This document shows positions 61,498 through 64,000 of a DNA stretch of 64,000 nucleotides, one piece after another. Below the pieces are notes generated by a model that had not been told where the DNA came from, ran no database searches, and was given only the letters and a program-made list of their open reading frames with translations. Each line of letters opens with the position of its first letter. Position 1 is the stretch's first letter. The stretch is from an uncultured delta proteobacterium (GTDB lineage: Bacteria > Desulfobacterota > Zymogenia > Zymogenales > Zymogenaceae): NCBI GenBank assembly GCA_963735595.1, contig CAVTLK010000002.1:448001-512000 (forward strand), given 5' to 3'. A program made the position numbers and the translations under genes.

Positions 61498-61870
61498 CAC
61501 TGCAAAGACACGAAGGAAGGAGGGTAATGGTGTTCCACATTCCAGACTGTTGATAAACCTTAAATACCGATACGAGCTCAGTCATTGCGAGGGAGCGTCC
61601 CTGCCGAAGCCGCGGGGAGCGTTAGCGACGTGGCGGGACCGAGGCAATCTCGGACGCTGTAATTACCGGTAATCACGTTACTATATAGAACGGTGTCCGA
61701 GATCGCCACGGGCCCTCCGGGCCCTCGCGATGACACTCCTTCAGAATCCATGCTTTTTCAATACACTGTGCATTCCTTGTTGTGCCTTTGTGTCTCAGTG
61801 TCTTAGTGGTGGATTCTCTTGACGGTCGCTTTAGGGAAAGGCCCACCACAAAGGCACAAAGACACGAAGG
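61498..61870. repeat. Short CACCAC(A/T)AAG..CAC..AG repeat family: a partial direct copy plus an inverted pair
   Basis: CAAAGACACGAAGG near 61505 and 61857; TGTGCCTTTGTG at 61782 is inverted relative to CACAAAGGCACA near 61847. Confidence 0.6.
61581..61734. repeat. REP-like nested palindromic element
   Basis: GTCATTGCGAGGG...CCCTCGCGATGAC outer arms; GGCAATCTCGGAC...GTCCGAGATCGCC inner arms. Confidence 0.7.
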
Positions 61871-61907
61871 GGGAGAAAAAAAGGCCGGGAAACTCGTTGC
61901 GGGCATA

Positions 61908-61933
61908 CCAAAGGGGGCGGCTTTCGCCGCCCC
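61908..61933 (-). terminator. Possible terminator after the hydrogenase operon
   Basis: GGGGCGGC-GAAA-GCCGCCCC followed by CTTT on the minus strand. Confidence 0.5.
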
Positions 61934-61964
61934 TGGTTTAGTGAAGTCTTGCATTATTGGATTA

Positions 61965-62472
61965 TCACGCGACCGTCGATTTCCGCTCGGATCGTGCCTT
62001 TGCCGGAACGAATTTATGGGCGAATAAGGGCAGGAAGGCCGCGAGAAACGCCGTGGCCGCGTCCAGGTTTGCCCGGGCCGGCTCCGTCAGCCCCTCCTCA
62101 AACTCAAAGGAGTATCCCCGGATACCCATGACGTAGGCCTCCGGGAGGGGGCCGAAGTGGTCGGCGGCAAGCTTGACGATCGAGCCGGGTGATACCGAGT
62201 GGCTCGTGAAGGTGACCTCGTCGGCGGGATATATCCGCTCGAAGGAAAAAGGCCCCGGCGCCGATATGGAGGCGTCCACGAAAATCACCATGTCATGCCC
62301 GGAGATCGCCTCGGCGTCCTCGATGTTGAGCTGATAAGCGGCGTCCGTCGTGACGAAAGACAGCTCGAGGGATTCTACCCGCTCGGCCGCCCTGGGGCCC
62401 GAGGCCGTCGTCCTGCCTTCCGGGGTTGCCGTACCCGAGGACGAAGACCGACCGCTGATGACTTTGGCTCAT
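61965..62472 (-). CDS. Hydrogenase maturation protease (HoxW-like); frameshifted
   Basis: ATGA overlap with the large subunit gene; VLGYGNPGRQDDGLG, YQLNIEDA, VIFVDAS, TSHSVSP. Confidence 0.82.
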
Positions 62473-63899
62473 CCCCTTACCTGTTCGTCCACGATTGACC
62501 CGTTGTGGTCAAGCAGTTGTACGACCAGCGGCATCTGCCCCAGGGCATGGGTCGCGCAGGACAGGCAGGGGTCGTATGCCCGGATGCCCACCTCGATGTG
62601 GTTGAGCAGGCCCTCGGTGATCTTCTTTCCGTCAAGGTACTGCTCGGCGACCTTCCTGACCACCCGGTTCATGGGCTCGTTATTGTTGGTGGTGGACACG
62701 ATGAGGTTTGCCATGGTGATCTGGTCGTTATCGTCAACCTCGTAATGGTGGAACAGCGTACCCCGCGGCGCCTCGATCCATGCAACGGCACGGTTTTTCT
62801 TCTTGCCGGTGACGACCAGGTCGTCTTTCTGAAGATCGGTGTCGGCCAGGAGCTCGCGGATCTTTTCGGCGGCATGGATCAGCTCGATGATCCGCGCCCA
62901 GTGATAGGCAAGCGACGAATGGATGGGCCTGCCGTTGCCGAGGGCCATGAACTCCTGACGCTCCTTCTCGGCGATCGGGGTATCTATGTAGGTGGCGCAG
63001 TTCATGCGGGCCAGGGGCCCTACCCGGTACCACCCCTTCTCCTTGCCGAGGGGCAAGATAAAGGGGAACTTCATGTAGCTCCAGGGGCGGACCTCTTCCC
63101 TGATGTAGTCGAGGTAGTCCGCGGGCTTGACCTGGTCGAAGATGGTCTTGCCGTCGGCGTCGATAGCCCGGAGGTTACCGTCGTAGAGGTCCATGCACCC
63201 GTCTTCTTTTACAATCGACACGAAGTTGGACTCGAAGGTGCCGAATTCAAGGAGCCGCTTGGCGTCGGCGTTGATGATCTTCTTGCAGAGATCCAGGGCC
63301 TCGACGGCCCAGTCAACCATGGTGTCGGCTTCTCTCTTGAGCTCGTCGGCTTCCTCTTTGGAGAGGTTCTTGTTGACGCCGCCCGGGATCGAGCCGGTGC
63401 AGTGCACCTTCTTGCCGCCGGTCGCCTTGATGACCTCCTGCCCGAACTTCCTCATGAGAACCGCCTTCTTGGCGACCTCGGGATACGCCTCGATGACGCC
63501 GAAGACGTTTCGGCGCTCGACCGGCGAGTCAAACCCGAACAAGAGGTCCGGGGAGCAGAGGTGGAAGAAGTGGAGCGCGTGGGACTGGTACGTCTGGCCG
63601 TAGTGCATGAGGCGGCGCATCTTCTCGGCCGTCGGGGTGATCTTCTCGGCGCCCGCGATCACGTCCATCGCCTTGCTCGCCGCCAGGTGGTGGCTGACCG
63701 GGCAGATGCCGCACAACCGCTCGACGATGACCGGGGCCTCCCAATAGAGCCGGCCCTGAACGAAGCGCTCAAAGCCGCGGAATTCGGTGATGTGAAACCG
63801 CGTTTGGCTGATGTGCCCCTCTTCGTCCAGATGAATGGTGACCTTTCCGTGTCCCTCGACACGGGTCACCGGATTGATGACGATCTTTCGTGTAGCCAT
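62469..63899 (-). CDS. hoxH: NiFe hydrogenase large subunit, group 3d-like (HoxH)
   Basis: PVTRVEGH, RGFE, L1 ERLCGICPVSH, EAPRGTL, L2 DPCLSCATH plus a C-terminal extension. Confidence 0.85.
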   Translation of the reverse strand: MATRKIVINPVTRVEGHGKVTIHLDEEGHISQTRFHITEFRGFERFVQGRLYWEAPVIVERLCGICPVSHHLAASKAMDVIAGAEKITPTAEKMRRLMHYGQTYQSHALHFFHLCSPDLLFGFDSPVERRNVFGVIEAYPEVAKKAVLMRKFGQEVIKATGGKKVHCTGSIPGGVNKNLSKEEADELKREADTMVDWAVEALDLCKKIINADAKRLLEFGTFESNFVSIVKEDGCMDLYDGNLRAIDADGKTIFDQVKPADYLDYIREEVRPWSYMKFPFILPLGKEKGWYRVGPLARMNCATYIDTPIAEKERQEFMALGNGRPIHSSLAYHWARIIELIHAAEKIRELLADTDLQKDDLVVTGKKKNRAVAWIEAPRGTLFHHYEVDDNDQITMANLIVSTTNNNEPMNRVVRKVAEQYLDGKKITEGLLNHIEVGIRAYDPCLSCATHALGQMPLVVQLLDHNGSIVDEQVRG

Positions 63900-63922
63900 A
63901 GTTATTTCCGCCTCCCGGCGCG

Positions 63923-64000
63923 TTAATCGTATTTGATCAATTCATAGGGGAATTCCAGTTCCTTTCCCGTCAACAGGGCCACCAGCGCGTTCCAGATGGT
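63923..64000 (-). CDS. Hydrogenase small subunit (HoxY-like), C-terminal fragment
   Basis: TIWNALVALLTGKELEFPYELIKYD* directly upstream of hoxH. Confidence 0.6.
   Translation of the reverse strand, partial: TIWNALVALLTGKELEFPYELIKYD

Noticed and set aside
62505..63926. 473-aa plus-strand ORF and similar long antisense ORFs elsewhere
   Set aside because: Antisense shadows of real genes, expected from GC-rich codon bias.

Overview
GC-rich bacterial window, probably from an anaerobe (B12/radical-SAM lysine fermentation genes, NiFe hydrogenase). Many genes are broken by single-base indels that look like long-read assembly errors, so several were rebuilt across reading frames. From left to right: (1) 1-5.7 kb, an apparently undescribed RiPP-like locus. 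It has two 120-aa precursors with a nearly identical twin-arginine leader and 63-aa cores built from tandem Tyr-x-Asn/Asp triplets, followed by a radical SAM enzyme, a SPASM-like partner, a radical SAM/SPASM enzyme apparently fused to a GT9 glycosyltransferase, and an Lgt-like gene. (2) 5.9-14.9 kb, a lysine fermentation cluster (kdd, kamB, kamD, kamE, kal, kamA) with two extra PLP enzymes. (3) Aspartokinase, a diguanylate cyclase, a HIT protein and two large paralogous membrane-anchored proteins of unknown function. (4) 23.3-38.3 kb, a minus-strand operon joining Wza/Wzc/Wzy-type polysaccharide genes to a SynChlorMet-like RiPP cassette (CxxG-repeat peptide, two rSAM/SPASM enzymes, tandem PqqD, HprK-like protein, nucleotidyltransferase, S26 peptidase, acyl-CoA ligase). 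It is preceded by a sigma54 promoter, an IHF site, enhancer-like palindromes and an adjacent sigma54 activator gene. (5) 41-60 kb, glycan synthesis and modification genes. (6) hypE, palindromic repeats, a hydrogenase protease and a group 3d-like NiFe hydrogenase.
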